This document shows, in pieces, positions 1 to 10,028 of a DNA stretch of 64,000 nucleotides (positions within the stretch are counted from its first letter, which is position 1; every line of letters starts with the position of its first letter). The position numbers were made by a program, and so were the translations under genes. The DNA comes from Nitrospirota bacterium (GTDB lineage: Bacteria; Nitrospirota; UBA9217). Location of the stretch: positions 960,001 through 1,024,000 of the forward strand of contig CAWJQQ010000001.1 in assembly GCA_963845065.1 (NCBI GenBank). The letters run 5' to 3'. The notes under the pieces are model-generated. The model was not told where the DNA came from. It did no database searches and was given only the letters and a program-made list of their open reading frames with translations.

Positions 1-275
1 GAGCCTTCGATGTCGTCAGCAGATGGGGAGGAGAAGAATATGTCATAGTAATCGCGCACGTGGAAGGCAACGAACTTATTACCACGGCAAACCGATGCCG
101 GCTGCTCGTGGAGCGTTCCAGCATTGCGGCGGTTCCCGCGCTCCGGGTTACGATCTCCCTCGGTGCCACGCTCGCGCACATGGACGACAATGTTGAGTCG
201 CTCGTAAAGCGGGTGGACACGCTCATGTATAAAAGTAAACAGGCAGGCAGAAACCGGTTGACGGTGGAAGAATAA
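1..275 (+). CDS. Diguanylate cyclase (GGDEF domain), C-terminal part; 5' truncated by window
   Basis: Frame from nt 3 reads AFDVVSRWGGEEY...VTISLG...DTLMYKSKQAGRNR. Confidence 0.9.
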   Translation, partial: AFDVVSRWGGEEYVIVIAHVEGNELITTANRCRLLVERSSIAAVPALRVTISLGATLAHMDDNVESLVKRVDTLMYKSKQAGRNRLTVEE

Positions 276-297
276 TCAGGAGCAGAGGGAATCATCT

Positions 298-1029
298 TTG
301 GACATTGCTACCGCACAAAAACTTGTTAAAGATTACGACGGTCTCCGGGCCGTAGACAGCATAGATTTTACTATCAGGCAGGGTGAGTGCTTCGGCTTCC
401 TCGGGCCGAATGGCGCGGGTAAGACCACGGTCATGCGCATTATTTCATGCTTCTTGCCGCCGACCAGTGGATTGGTGACGGTATTCGGCATGGATGTGAC
501 AAAGGGCCCGAGCGAGATAAAAGCGCGGATAGGCGTGATGCCGCAGGACAACAATCTCGACCCAGATCTCTCGGTGATCGAAAATCTCGTCGTCTATGCA
601 CGCTACTTCGATATACAAAAAAAAGATTCGTTACGTCTTGGCCGCGCGCTCTTGGAATTCGTCGAACTCCAAGACAAGGCCGGGGTCAAAATTGAAGAAC
701 TTTCAGGGGGTATGAAGCACAGGCTGCTGCTCGCCCGTTCCCTCGTGAATGATCCAGAGATCCTGGTCCTCGACGAGCCAACGACGGGCCTGGATCCACA
801 CAGCAGGCACGCAGTTTGGGACAAGCTCAACCATCTCAAGAAAAAGAACACTACCCTCCTCCTCACGACGCATTACATGGAAGAAGCAGAAAAACTCTGC
901 GACCGAGTTGCTATCATGGACTCAGGCAAGATCGTGACCATCGATGCGCCTAACAATCTTATGGCGACCCACGGCAGCAATCTCGAAGATGTGTACCTCA
1001 AACTGACAGGGAGGAGCCTTGCGGATTAA
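298..1029 (+). CDS. ABC-2 exporter ATP-binding subunit, NodI-like
   Basis: Walker A GPNGAGKT, LSGGM signature, Walker B LVLDEPTTGLD. Confidence 0.9.
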   Translation: MDIATAQKLVKDYDGLRAVDSIDFTIRQGECFGFLGPNGAGKTTVMRIISCFLPPTSGLVTVFGMDVTKGPSEIKARIGVMPQDNNLDPDLSVIENLVVYARYFDIQKKDSLRLGRALLEFVELQDKAGVKIEELSGGMKHRLLLARSLVNDPEILVLDEPTTGLDPHSRHAVWDKLNHLKKKNTTLLLTTHYMEEAEKLCDRVAIMDSGKIVTIDAPNNLMATHGSNLEDVYLKLTGRSLAD

Positions 1030-1774
1030 GCGCGCATTCAGGGTCTGGCAGCGGCATTGGCTGGTCTATACTAAGCTATACCGCACGAGTTTTGCTCTTA
1101 ATTTTGCTGAACCTGCGCTATATTTGGTTGCAATGGGGCTCGGTCTAGGCTCGTTTGTAAAGAACATTCACGGCCAGCCGTACATAAAATTCATCGCACC
1201 CGGCATCGTGGCTTCGTCTTCGGTATTCGCGGCCGTGTACGAGTGCACCTATGGGACTTACATCCGTATGACGTTCCAGAAGACATTCGACGCGATCCTC
1301 GCCACTCCTATTAGTCTCGATGACCTCATCTTCGGAGAACTTCTCTGGGGCGCCACTAAGAGCGTGATCTTCGGAATCACTATTACAATTGTGATAACCC
1401 TGTTTGGGCTTGTCGATTCCCCGATCATCGTGTTCGTGGTTCCCTTTGTCTTTTTGGGTGGACTCATTTTCTCGGAACTGTCGCTCATATTCTGCGCTAT
1501 CGTGCCGGGCATAGATTTTTTCAGCTACTTTTATACTCTTTTCATGACGCCGCTTTTCCTTTTCTCTGGTATTTTTTTCCCTCTAGATGCCATGCCACGT
1601 ATTGTCACCGATCTTGCCTTCTTTACGCCGCTTTACCACCTGGTTAACATCTGCCGAGCTTTTTCCTCGGGCACGGTCATGAATGCCCTCTGGAGCATTG
1701 TCTGGCTCGTTGTCGTTACTGCAATACTTGCACCGTTCCCTTTCAGGCTTATGCAAAGAAGGGTTATCCCATGA
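1019..1774 (+). CDS. ABC-2 exporter permease, NodJ-like
   Basis: About 6 hydrophobic segments, EPALYL, GELLWGATK, LFSGIFFP motifs; overlaps the ATPase stop. Confidence 0.88.
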   Translation: MRIKRAFRVWQRHWLVYTKLYRTSFALNFAEPALYLVAMGLGLGSFVKNIHGQPYIKFIAPGIVASSSVFAAVYECTYGTYIRMTFQKTFDAILATPISLDDLIFGELLWGATKSVIFGITITIVITLFGLVDSPIIVFVVPFVFLGGLIFSELSLIFCAIVPGIDFFSYFYTLFMTPLFLFSGIFFPLDAMPRIVTDLAFFTPLYHLVNICRAFSSGTVMNALWSIVWLVVVTAILAPFPFRLMQRRVIP

Positions 1775-2691
1775 TTGCCTACTCCATCCTTGGGAGGCGG
1801 CCATCGAAGATTCTACGGAGACATCCAATTCGCTGACAGCGGGGTCGTTCTTATTTCTCGATTGCGACTATTCGAACCTGTCAGTCGTTCTTAAGGAGCA
1901 CCGGCCATATTCAGACAGGCCAACATGGGCAGGCAGATAGAGTAAACAAAGAAAGGCCTTCAATTATAACTCGAAGTCACCATTATATAGGAATCAGTTA
2001 ATGGCAGGCCCGTTCGATCTGGTGTACCTTAACCGTGTGACCTCTAACGACGTAACGCGAGTAATCGGAGTCCAGTGAAAACCAGTTGTCCTGATCGTGG
2101 GTGAAGCACAAAGAATGAGGGACAAGCAAGTGCTACGGTGTTGTATATCTCGATGCCTCGCTACAAAGCTGAAAACGCAGGTGGTAAAGTAACTGAGATT
2201 TATACCATAGTACGAATCTTTCATAGACATGCCACTTCGAAAAAATTAAAAAGAAGCCTCTCTTGCAACGACAGCATATTTGCGAATGGGAGGTACATGC
2301 TCAACGCGACGCCTATTTCGCATTCCTTGCAAAATATGTTTTCAAGGATGTCCTCGACACACACCGGTCTACCAAAGATTGACCGGGTGCAAACCTGCTC
2401 CTGGAACGGGCGACGTTGAGAGTGCAACAGCAAGGGCAATTGGTCGGATCCATCGGCCAGCTTCGGTATCGTGCCAGATAACAGCACAAACCGGACATAG
2501 CTGTTCGCCCCGTTAAAGGCAGATCAACAGCGACCGTGATCGGCAACCGCACATCCGTTGCCAAAGAATTCGCTTGTACTGCCATCGGAACGCACTAGTT
2601 CTAACTATGTGGAGTGGTCAGTGCGAAGTCTAGATGGCACCAGCCATAATTTCTGGCCTGATAGTTTTTTTACTCTTCTTGAGGACGAGCC

Positions 2692-3879
2692 ATGATCAAT
2701 ATTAACAACATCCAGCAGGCAAGAGAAGTCATATCATCATATATTCATAAAACACCGTTGATCCACTCCAATACCCTGAGTATACTTACCGGCGCTGACG
2801 TTTACCTTAAGCTTGAAAACTTGCAAAAGACGGGCGCCTTTAAAGTGCGGGGGGCGTTCAATAAAATGATCCATCTTTCAGAAGGGAAGGTAGTTGCGGC
2901 TTCGATGGGCAATCATGCGCAGGCTGTGGCCTTTGCAGCGTACCAACTCGGCAAAAAGGCTACAATTGTGATGCCCGCTACAGTGTCACTGGTAAAGGAA
3001 GAAGCGACAAGAGGATATCATGCCGATGTCATTCTCTATGGAGAGGGGTTCAAGGACGCACTGGAACATGCGTTACAGCAGAAAGATTCTGCTTTCATCC
3101 ATGCCTTCGACGACGATGAGGTCATTGCAGGTCAGGGGACAATCGCGCTTGAAATTCTAGAAGAACTTGAGCATGTCAATGCTGTATTCGTGCCGGTGGG
3201 CGGGGGCGGGCTTGTCAGCGGGATCGCAACAGCAGTAAAAGCGTTGTCTCCAAAGACTGAAGTAATTGGCGTCCAGGCAGAGGCAGCGCCTGCAGCACGA
3301 ATGTCTTATCATGGAAGCAAAATTGTAGAGCAACTGCCGCTTCCCACGATTGCAGACGGGATTGCCGTCGCACGGCTGGGAGAGAAGACGTTTGAACTCA
3401 TCAATATGTATGTCGATGAAATATACCTCGTCCCAGAGGGAGCAATCGCCAAATCCATTCTTCTGTTCCTCGAACGAAATAAACTGGTTGTTGAAGGCGC
3501 CGGCGCAGTAACGCTTGCGGCACTTATGGAGAACCGGGCACGATTTGCAAACAAACGAATTGTCCTGGTTCTGAGCGGTGGGAACATCGATTTCACGATT
3601 ATTGACAGGATCATCAGGAAGGGACTTGTCACAAGCAACAGGATCGGGGTGTTTGAAGTAGTTCTCGATGACATCGCTGGCAGTCTACATGCGGTGATCG
3701 ATATTATCGCATCCCTTAGGGCCAATGTCCTCGATATCCTTCACGACCGGCTTGCGCCGGATCTTCCTATTGGGAAAGCAAAGGTCGTGTTTACTGTGGA
3801 AATCCGGGGCAAAAAACATCTCGATAAAATATTTGAGGACCTCGCGAAAAGAGGTTATGCTGCAGGGGAAAGAAAATAA
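2692..3879 (+). CDS. ilvA: Threonine ammonia-lyase with C-terminal ACT domain
   Basis: KLENLQKTGAFKVRGA (PLP Lys), ASMGNHAQ, VGGGGL, SGGNID. Confidence 0.92.
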   Translation: MININNIQQAREVISSYIHKTPLIHSNTLSILTGADVYLKLENLQKTGAFKVRGAFNKMIHLSEGKVVAASMGNHAQAVAFAAYQLGKKATIVMPATVSLVKEEATRGYHADVILYGEGFKDALEHALQQKDSAFIHAFDDDEVIAGQGTIALEILEELEHVNAVFVPVGGGGLVSGIATAVKALSPKTEVIGVQAEAAPAARMSYHGSKIVEQLPLPTIADGIAVARLGEKTFELINMYVDEIYLVPEGAIAKSILLFLERNKLVVEGAGAVTLAALMENRARFANKRIVLVLSGGNIDFTIIDRIIRKGLVTSNRIGVFEVVLDDIAGSLHAVIDIIASLRANVLDILHDRLAPDLPIGKAKVVFTVEIRGKKHLDKIFEDLAKRGYAAGERK

Positions 3880-4278
3880 ACTGTTTTTTACGAATCAGTC
3901 GTTCTGCCATCCGTTTTAGTGAATTAGACTGTTTGATAGAATTCTCTCAGGTCACTCAACCCTGCTGATAGAATTCCCAGACCTGCCCTTCACGAAGGTG
4001 GGGAAAAAACTACTCTCAAGAGTTGGCATAAAGCGATTGCGGTGTACGGACTCGGCGCGACCTCTAGTATGCGTTTTCGCCTATAACGTTCACTAGGGAT
4101 TTCTCGATTTAGCAGGTGCAGCAATGTCCAGGCCGGCTGCAGAACTGCTCCGTAGATAGGCAGTATGGAGACTGCTTCTCCAATCAGCCATAACGTATTT
4201 TTTCCCCTAAAGCTTCGGTCATGGCCTGCGACAGAGTGGATCGCATGTGAAAGAAGTCGACACCAAACTCAAATTCCA

Positions 4279-5193
4279 GGATGTTGTAACGGCTGGAACA
4301 TGTTTATCGTGAGAACCGGGAAAGGAATTCGGTTAAGTGATTTTAGCACTATTGGGCTTTAGCCCTGAGTAGGTTCAACAAAGATTGTATAAAGGACAAG
4401 GGAAAGTAGCGCAAGAAAACCTATAGGCTTTATCGGTGGGAGGACGTTAAAGCGCTGGTATAAGCCGGCATAGGGTCGGGGGTGCAAGTCCACTATATGA
4501 GGATAAGCTGAGAAAGCGCCGGGATAAACCGGCATAGGGCAGAGGGTGAAAGTCCCTTACATGAAAGGACGAGCTGAGCCATCATGGCCCCGAGTCATGC
4601 ACGGGCGGTCGTGAGAGCGCGCGTACAGCGTTGACAGGGGAAGCGTAGGCCAGCCATTGAGCTCCGAAATCACCAGTCCGGGGTGCCAACCGCGTACGTA
4701 CGTCGGGAAGGTATCATAGACGACAACGCTATCAGCCAGTTGTCGGATTGACCCCGTGGAGTTGAAGAACCTGTGCATGTGTAGTCGCTCTATGCTCAAG
4801 CGCCGGTAGAACTCGACGGCATCCGCTTTGGAAGTTCCACATCGGATGGGGAGAGAAGTTTGTGGCCGCAATCTTTACCTGTACGCTATTTTTGCAGTTT
4901 GACATCGGCATTGTAACCCAAGAATGAGTCGAACAAAGCGGCTTGTTCTCACGAAGTTTCGGAGGTTCTTGAGGGAAGGGTGGTGACTTGAGGGAATTCT
5001 GGGAAGTGGTCTGCGACTTGTACTCAGGGAAAGGTGCAAACATTGATCTAAGTTTCTAGGATATGCAAAGCATGAGGCATAGGAAACCCGAGTCATAAGC
5101 TTTACGTGAATTACCCGAGGTAAGGGCCGCATGAAATAATTCTTCTCGCACGGACCCGTGCGGGGCGTCCGGTAACGTACGTCCTACCGCGAT
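4279..5193 (+). mobile_element. Group II intron (IIB-type), ORF-less/degenerate; 5' boundary approximate
   Basis: Domain I motifs GGGTGAAAGTCCC and GCGTTGACAGGGGAAGCGTAGGCCAGCCATTGAGC; domain V-like hairpin 5124-5157; domain VI with bulged A (5186) ending ...CTACCGCGAT; no RT ORF. Confidence 0.85.
4449..4578 (+). repeat. Imperfect tandem duplication (~65 bp x2) inside intron domain I
   Basis: 4449-4512 aaagcgctggtataagccggcataggg...ggtgcaagtcc...agctgag vs 4513-4578 aaagcgccgggataaaccggcataggg...ggtgaaagtcc...agctgag. Confidence 0.85.
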
Positions 5194-5270
5194 CAAATGC
5201 CAGACGTAATAATCATAATATTTATCCGGTAGCACTTGACTTTGCATTCATAATTAGTAAGAATTAATGT

Positions 5271-6116
5271 ATGAGAAAGAAATTCTTTTTCGTTGTAATT
5301 ATTATAGGTTTAGGTTTTACATTAAGTGTGGGAATGAAGAGAGGAGGCGAAGTTTTAAGTGTTCGCGATGGAACGGTCAAGACATTTGATGAAATGGTCG
5401 GGGATGCTAAGAAATCCGATATTATTTTTGTAGGAGAACTTCATGACTTTCCTGAGCATCATCAGTTGGAACTAAATGTAATCAGAACACTTTATAAATC
5501 CGGTACACCCTTGGTTATCGGTCTTGAAATGTTCAGGGCTGACAGCCAAAAATCTCTGGATAACTGGGTGAACGGCAGTCTGACTCTGGACAAATTCCTG
5601 CCTGTTTATTATGATAACTGGCATGAAAACTGGACTCTGTACGAGAACATTATTTCCTACGCCCGTGAACACCGAATCCCTCTGATAGGATTGAACATCC
5701 CTGACAGAATAGCAGAAACGGTCGCAAAAAAAGGGTTTACTTCGCTCGATGCAAATGAGAAAAGTCAGTTGCCACCTGAGATCAGCTGCGATATCGATCC
5801 GACATATATGGAATTCATCAAAAGGGCCTATGCAGACCATGCACAATCAGTGGGTAGAAAGTTCCTCAACTTTTGCGAAGCGCAGATGATTTGGGACAAG
5901 AGCATGGCCTGGCACATCGTCCAGTATCTTAAAACAAATCCCGGCAAAAAGATGGTTGTCCTAGCCGGGGTAGGGCATGCATGGAAGCGCGGGATTCCGG
6001 AACAGGTTAGCCGGTTTTTTAAATATCCATCTACAATCATTCTGCCAGTAATCCCCGGCCAAGTGGAACGGGATAGCGTTACTGTCCAAGACGCTGACTA
6101 TGTAGTCCTTCGTTAA
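5271..6116 (+). CDS. ChaN-family (haem-uptake related) exported protein
   Basis: N-terminal hydrophobic signal; VGELHD..HH, GLEMF, AQMIWDKSMA, LAGVGH motifs. Confidence 0.82.
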   Translation: MRKKFFFVVIIIGLGFTLSVGMKRGGEVLSVRDGTVKTFDEMVGDAKKSDIIFVGELHDFPEHHQLELNVIRTLYKSGTPLVIGLEMFRADSQKSLDNWVNGSLTLDKFLPVYYDNWHENWTLYENIISYAREHRIPLIGLNIPDRIAETVAKKGFTSLDANEKSQLPPEISCDIDPTYMEFIKRAYADHAQSVGRKFLNFCEAQMIWDKSMAWHIVQYLKTNPGKKMVVLAGVGHAWKRGIPEQVSRFFKYPSTIILPVIPGQVERDSVTVQDADYVVLR

Positions 6117-6157
6117 CGCGGCAAACGTTACTCCTACAGTCCTTATCACCTATCGCC

Positions 6158-6448
6158 TTATTTAATTTTTCTGATGAATTCCTCAACAGGAACTGCGGGG
6201 AGGGACATAAGCTGCACTGATCCTCGCGAACCAATCTCAACGGACATCCTCATTACAGTTTCATTGTCGGGAGCTTCGACGATATTCACGAAATCGTAGG
6301 GCCCCATCACGACATACTGCTTAAGAATTTTTACTCCCATTGCCTCGATCTCCCGGTTGACTTCCTGGATACGTTCAGGTTTCTGTTTGATGGTCCTTCT
6401 CCCCTCGTCAGTCAGATTGCTTAGAATTACATAATGTGAATGTGCCAT
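6158..6448 (-). CDS. GYD domain protein
   Basis: 96 aa, MGPYDFVNIVEAPD motif; SD AAGGAG. Confidence 0.85.
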   Translation of the reverse strand: MAHSHYVILSNLTDEGRRTIKQKPERIQEVNREIEAMGVKILKQYVVMGPYDFVNIVEAPDNETVMRMSVEIGSRGSVQLMSLPAVPVEEFIRKIK

Positions 6449-7251
6449 AGTAAAGCCCTCCTTTTCATTAAACTTTTGAAATATAGCTGAGATCTTGTTA
6501 ATACGTATGATTTAGTCATCTTGATTGCCTCTCTTTTCCAAGTATAACTGTTTTTTGAATGGCCTAAGGGAAAACATTTAGTTAACGCTATAATCGACTT
6601 AGAATTCCACCAGTTTTGTGCCAGCAGGAATTTAAATTGGATCTTCTGGACATCCCCGCGGTGCTCAAAGGAGCATTCATGTTTCTTGGAATATTACATG
6701 AACACTATCAGCCAATATTAGAATCTGGCTGCGGTTTTAGAAATAATTGGTGATCCTGCAACCCCGGACAGACGGTCATCAAAAAACCCCGCCAACTTAC
6801 TCTAAACGATGCCTTAAAACCGTACAATCAATCTTACCACATGCCGAATGCGGATCATACATGTGCGCGGATATGCGGCAGAGGCACTATGACATCGGTT
6901 GAAAATATACTGTACGTGTTGGAACCTTTGAAAACCATGAAACAAAATGCATGATCGAATATAGTCTCACATATTATGGCAGTCAGTACTAGATACACTC
7001 AAAGGCTAGGGGGTCGTATTAATTGGAATGGTCTCCATTACTAGAGGCGACTTTGTCCAAAATAGCAATAATTTCAAAATTATGATAAACTAAGCGAAAA
7101 AGTTGTTGGGCTTTGCATATGAATGTTCAGATATAAAGGAAGCACAGTACCGAGGCCAAATGCTGGAACGCTACAGAAAAAATGAAATTCGAAGAGGACT
7201 GATGCAGTAAAGAGGTTTATAATCGCGGTGTTTAACGTAAGATTATTCACC

Positions 7252-7280
7252 TTGCCTTTCATGTCGAGTTGTGATATATA
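7252..7280 (+). promoter_or_regulatory. Candidate sigma70 promoter for the cooT leader
   Basis: TTGCCT-17 bp-TATATA with TG extension. Confidence 0.5.
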
Positions 7281-7370
7281 AAACTATGAATGAATTATAT
7301 TCTCAATAATTGGATGAGATAACAAGCAGTCGTGAACGATAATAAAAATGAAGGAAACAGGTAAATCAAA

Positions 7371-7543
7371 GAAGCAGCGTCAAGCGAGTTCAAATGTCAG
7401 ACCAGTATGTGGTACATTGTCCTATCTAGCCGAATGCCGTGGACTGACGAAAAAGGCTGAGGTGTCACGGTGGGCAGCACCACCTGAAAAAATTAATATC
7501 GTTCGCAAGTATCCCGCCACTTGATAAGACGGCGGGTTTTTTT
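7371..7543 (+). ncRNA. Candidate structured RNA / attenuator leader, family unassigned
   Basis: GC-richer island in AT-rich spacer; hairpin GGTG-GGCAGCAC-CACC; ends in intrinsic terminator 40 nt before cooT. Confidence 0.4.
7513..7543 (+). terminator. Rho-independent terminator upstream of cooT
   Basis: CCCGCC-12 nt-GGCGGG followed by T7. Confidence 0.8.
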
Positions 7544-7582
7544 GTTTTATGCTGTTTCTGTAAAAAGGAAGAGGACTAAAAC

Positions 7583-7771
7583 GTGTGCGATCTAAAAGCT
7601 TATGTCAGAAAGGGTGACAAGGAAGAGTTATTGCTTGAGTCGGTCAATCTCATTCGAGCGGAACATGGTGAGGTAACCGTCAGAAACCTTTTTGGTGAAG
7701 AAAAGAAAGTCCGCGGTGAGGTACGAGAAGTCTCGCTCGCCAAGAACCGTCTTGTGGTGGAGCAGGTTTGA
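7583..7771 (+). CDS. CooT-family nickel-binding protein
   Basis: 62 aa, MCD.KAY start (Cys2), NLFGEEK; SD GAGGA, GTG start. Confidence 0.8.
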   Translation: MCDLKAYVRKGDKEELLLESVNLIRAEHGEVTVRNLFGEEKKVRGEVREVSLAKNRLVVEQV

Positions 7772-7833
7772 TCGGCACGATGTGCTTCTCTGTAGCAATT
7801 CTCTCATGCGTCTTGCTACGGCATCAATCAATA

Positions 7834-8844
7834 TCATTGTGTTGAAAGACTTATAACCCTCTTGCCGTGAATACTGCTATCCCCGACGATGCGAACATTG
7901 TTTAGTTTGAATTCTTTTATGAGTGTTTTTATATTGCAACGCCGCTGACCTATGGCGGAAGATATATCCTTGGGGTTAACTGAGAAGTCTGCAATACTAT
8001 ACGTTCCAGTTCGCTTCTTGAGTGCGGACCGCATTCCATCCAGAAAAATCGAGGAATCAACGAGCTGTCTAAATGCCGGGTGAAATGGGCCGGCAAGGAC
8101 AGTGCCCGGTTTCCCCAACTCTTTCGTTGGTTGCAGCCCTACCCGGATTACAGCAATACCCGCGCGTTCAAGTTTTATGATTGCATCGGAGCATAAGGCT
8201 ATGGCCTCATCGAGTGTGAGAGGAAGATAGCATCCGTTTCTGAAAAGTATCTCAAGTGGTGTGCCTTTGATTACGAGCACAGGATAGAGCCGGACGAAGT
8301 CGGGTTTCATAACGATAACGTTACCGATGGTTTTTTTTATAAAGTCGTTCGCTGTATCGCCAGGGAGACCAGGCATGAGTTGAAGCCCAAATCCAAATCC
8401 ATACTCCTTAAGAAGTTCTACCGCGTTTATGATATCATCAGCCTTATGACCGCGCCCAGATCTGATCAATACGCCGTCATCAATGGATTGGGCGCCGAGT
8501 TCAATGACCCTGACGTGATGCTCTCTGAGGAGTGTTAAAATCTCATTGCTGATGCAGTCAGGGCGCGTGGAAAGTCTGATACTGTGGACGCTTCCTTTCT
8601 GAATAAAAGGGTCGACAGCTTCGAGATAGGCTTGCTGTACTGCGACTGGCAGCGCAGTAAAACTCCCTCCGTAGAACGCAATTTCGACAGGTTCATTGGA
8701 ATCGTGAGTGCTTAAATGACGATTGATCTTACCAGGGATAGCTAACACGTCGTCGGGTTGGTTCTGGCCAGTAATATTTCTCTGGTTGCAAAATACGCAC
8801 TGGTGCAGACATCCGGAATGGGGGATGAAAAAAGGGATGATCAT
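7834..8844 (-). CDS. Radical SAM protein, Elp3-like (rnc-associated)
   Basis: IPFFIPHSGCLHQCVFCNQ (CxxxCxxC), FYGGSFT, IRLSTRPD, AGPFHPAF; start moved to ATG 8844. Confidence 0.88.
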   Translation of the reverse strand: MIIPFFIPHSGCLHQCVFCNQRNITGQNQPDDVLAIPGKINRHLSTHDSNEPVEIAFYGGSFTALPVAVQQAYLEAVDPFIQKGSVHSIRLSTRPDCISNEILTLLREHHVRVIELGAQSIDDGVLIRSGRGHKADDIINAVELLKEYGFGFGLQLMPGLPGDTANDFIKKTIGNVIVMKPDFVRLYPVLVIKGTPLEILFRNGCYLPLTLDEAIALCSDAIIKLERAGIAVIRVGLQPTKELGKPGTVLAGPFHPAFRQLVDSSIFLDGMRSALKKRTGTYSIADFSVNPKDISSAIGQRRCNIKTLIKEFKLNNVRIVGDSSIHGKRVISLSTQ

Positions 8845-8920
8845 AGGAACGGTAGATTCGTGGGTAGATAGGAGACAGGAGAAAAACAGGATTTCCCCTC
8901 CTTTACCCACATTTTAGCAA

Positions 8921-8956
8921 CAAGAAAGACCCTGGCTTTAGCCATGGGATGACTTG
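8921..8956 (+). mobile_element. IS200/IS605-family end-like hairpin (solo remnant)
   Basis: CAAGAAAGACCCTGGCTTTAGCCATGGGATGACTTG: CCC-TGGCT-TT-AGCCA-T-GGG hairpin; no tnpA/tnpB nearby. Confidence 0.5.
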
Positions 8957-9331
8957 CTGTGCGGCTGACTTTTTCTATCATCAGTATCTCTTTATTATAC
9001 GCTCTTTGAAAAGAAACCAAAGATATGCGGTTCCGGTAAGAAAGTCATCGGGTAAAATCTTTGTCTGTCCTCGACATTGCCGGACTGATTAAGTCTGGCC
9101 AGGTGCTTGCCTGCTCTAGAATGGACAATATAAAGATTGCTGTATCAAGCGACGATCAGTCAGATTCCTATCTAGCAGTTTTGGCACGCGGGCCTGAGAC
9201 AAAGTTGTTTTGCCCGTTAAAGACGTTCAACGACAATCTAGATCGGCAACTTAAAATTGTAGCCGAAGCGCTAGCGGTATTGTCGTCAGAACTCCCTTCC
9301 CTGAGGCATGAGGTGTGTCAGTGTATGCTAC

Positions 9332-10027
9332 CTACTGTTGTTTGTCGGCACGTAGTTTTTTTAACGCCTCTTTCGCTGCTTTCTGCTCGGCTTCCTTTTT
9401 GCTTTTACCGATGCCATGGCCGCATACTTCGTTCTTAACGGAAAGTTCTACTTTAAATTGTTTCTGGTGATCTGGGCCGCTCTCGGCCACAATCCGGTAT
9501 TCGGGAAGCTGTTTCAGCCGCTCCTGGCAAAGTTCCTGGAGCTCCGTCTTGTAGTCGAGCGTGTCTCGGGAGGCACAGGTTTTTTTTATTATCTCTTCGA
9601 AGAACCGGATGACGAACGCCTCTACTGATGCGTTGCCTGCATCGAGATAGATTGAGGCGATAAGCGCTTCTAGGCAATTCGCAAGCAGTGAGTCCTTTTC
9701 CCTGCCGCCGGTCTGTTCTTCTCCTTTGCCGAGTAGCAGGTAGCTACCGAGGCCAATTTCCCGGGCAATGGCTGCGAGGGCGGGCTCGCTTACGACTGCA
9801 GCGCGAAGACGAGAGAGGTCTCCCTCGCTTGCATCCGGGCAGTTTTTAATCAGGTATTCACTGATCACGAGACCGAGAACGGCGTCGCCGAGGAACTCGA
9901 GCCGTTCGTTGTGGGCAGGGACACGGTTTTCGTTTGCAAAGGACTTGTGCGTCAGCGCCCGCTCGAGCAGTTCTAGGTCTTTAAACCGGTGGAATATCCG
10001 GTCTTGCATGTCCGAAAAGGAAGGCAT
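9332..10027 (-). CDS. rnc: Ribonuclease III
   Basis: NERLEFLGDAVL signature; C-terminal dsRBD (DYKTELQE...GKSKKEAEQ). Confidence 0.97.
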   Translation of the reverse strand: MPSFSDMQDRIFHRFKDLELLERALTHKSFANENRVPAHNERLEFLGDAVLGLVISEYLIKNCPDASEGDLSRLRAAVVSEPALAAIAREIGLGSYLLLGKGEEQTGGREKDSLLANCLEALIASIYLDAGNASVEAFVIRFFEEIIKKTCASRDTLDYKTELQELCQERLKQLPEYRIVAESGPDHQKQFKVELSVKNEVCGHGIGKSKKEAEQKAAKEALKKLRADKQQ

Positions 10028-10028
10028 C

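Noticed and set aside
1994..2585. Several overlapping short ORFs on both strands
   Set aside because: No recognisable motif; possibly decayed DNA, not assignable
4449..4578. CRISPR-like repeat
   Set aside because: Only two abutting diverged units, no spacers, no cas genes; explained by the intron
7435..7490. ZTP riboswitch (GACTGACG...GTGG...CCAC.TGAA resemblance)
   Set aside because: The required 3' GCCGACCG(T/C)CTGGGC hairpin is absent and the downstream gene is unrelated
7371..7510. NiCo riboswitch
   Set aside because: Gene context fits, but the CTGAGCAGG...GTGGGACAG junction motifs were not found
9061..9438. 125-aa plus-strand ORF
   Set aside because: TTG start, no SD, overlaps rnc antisense, no family features
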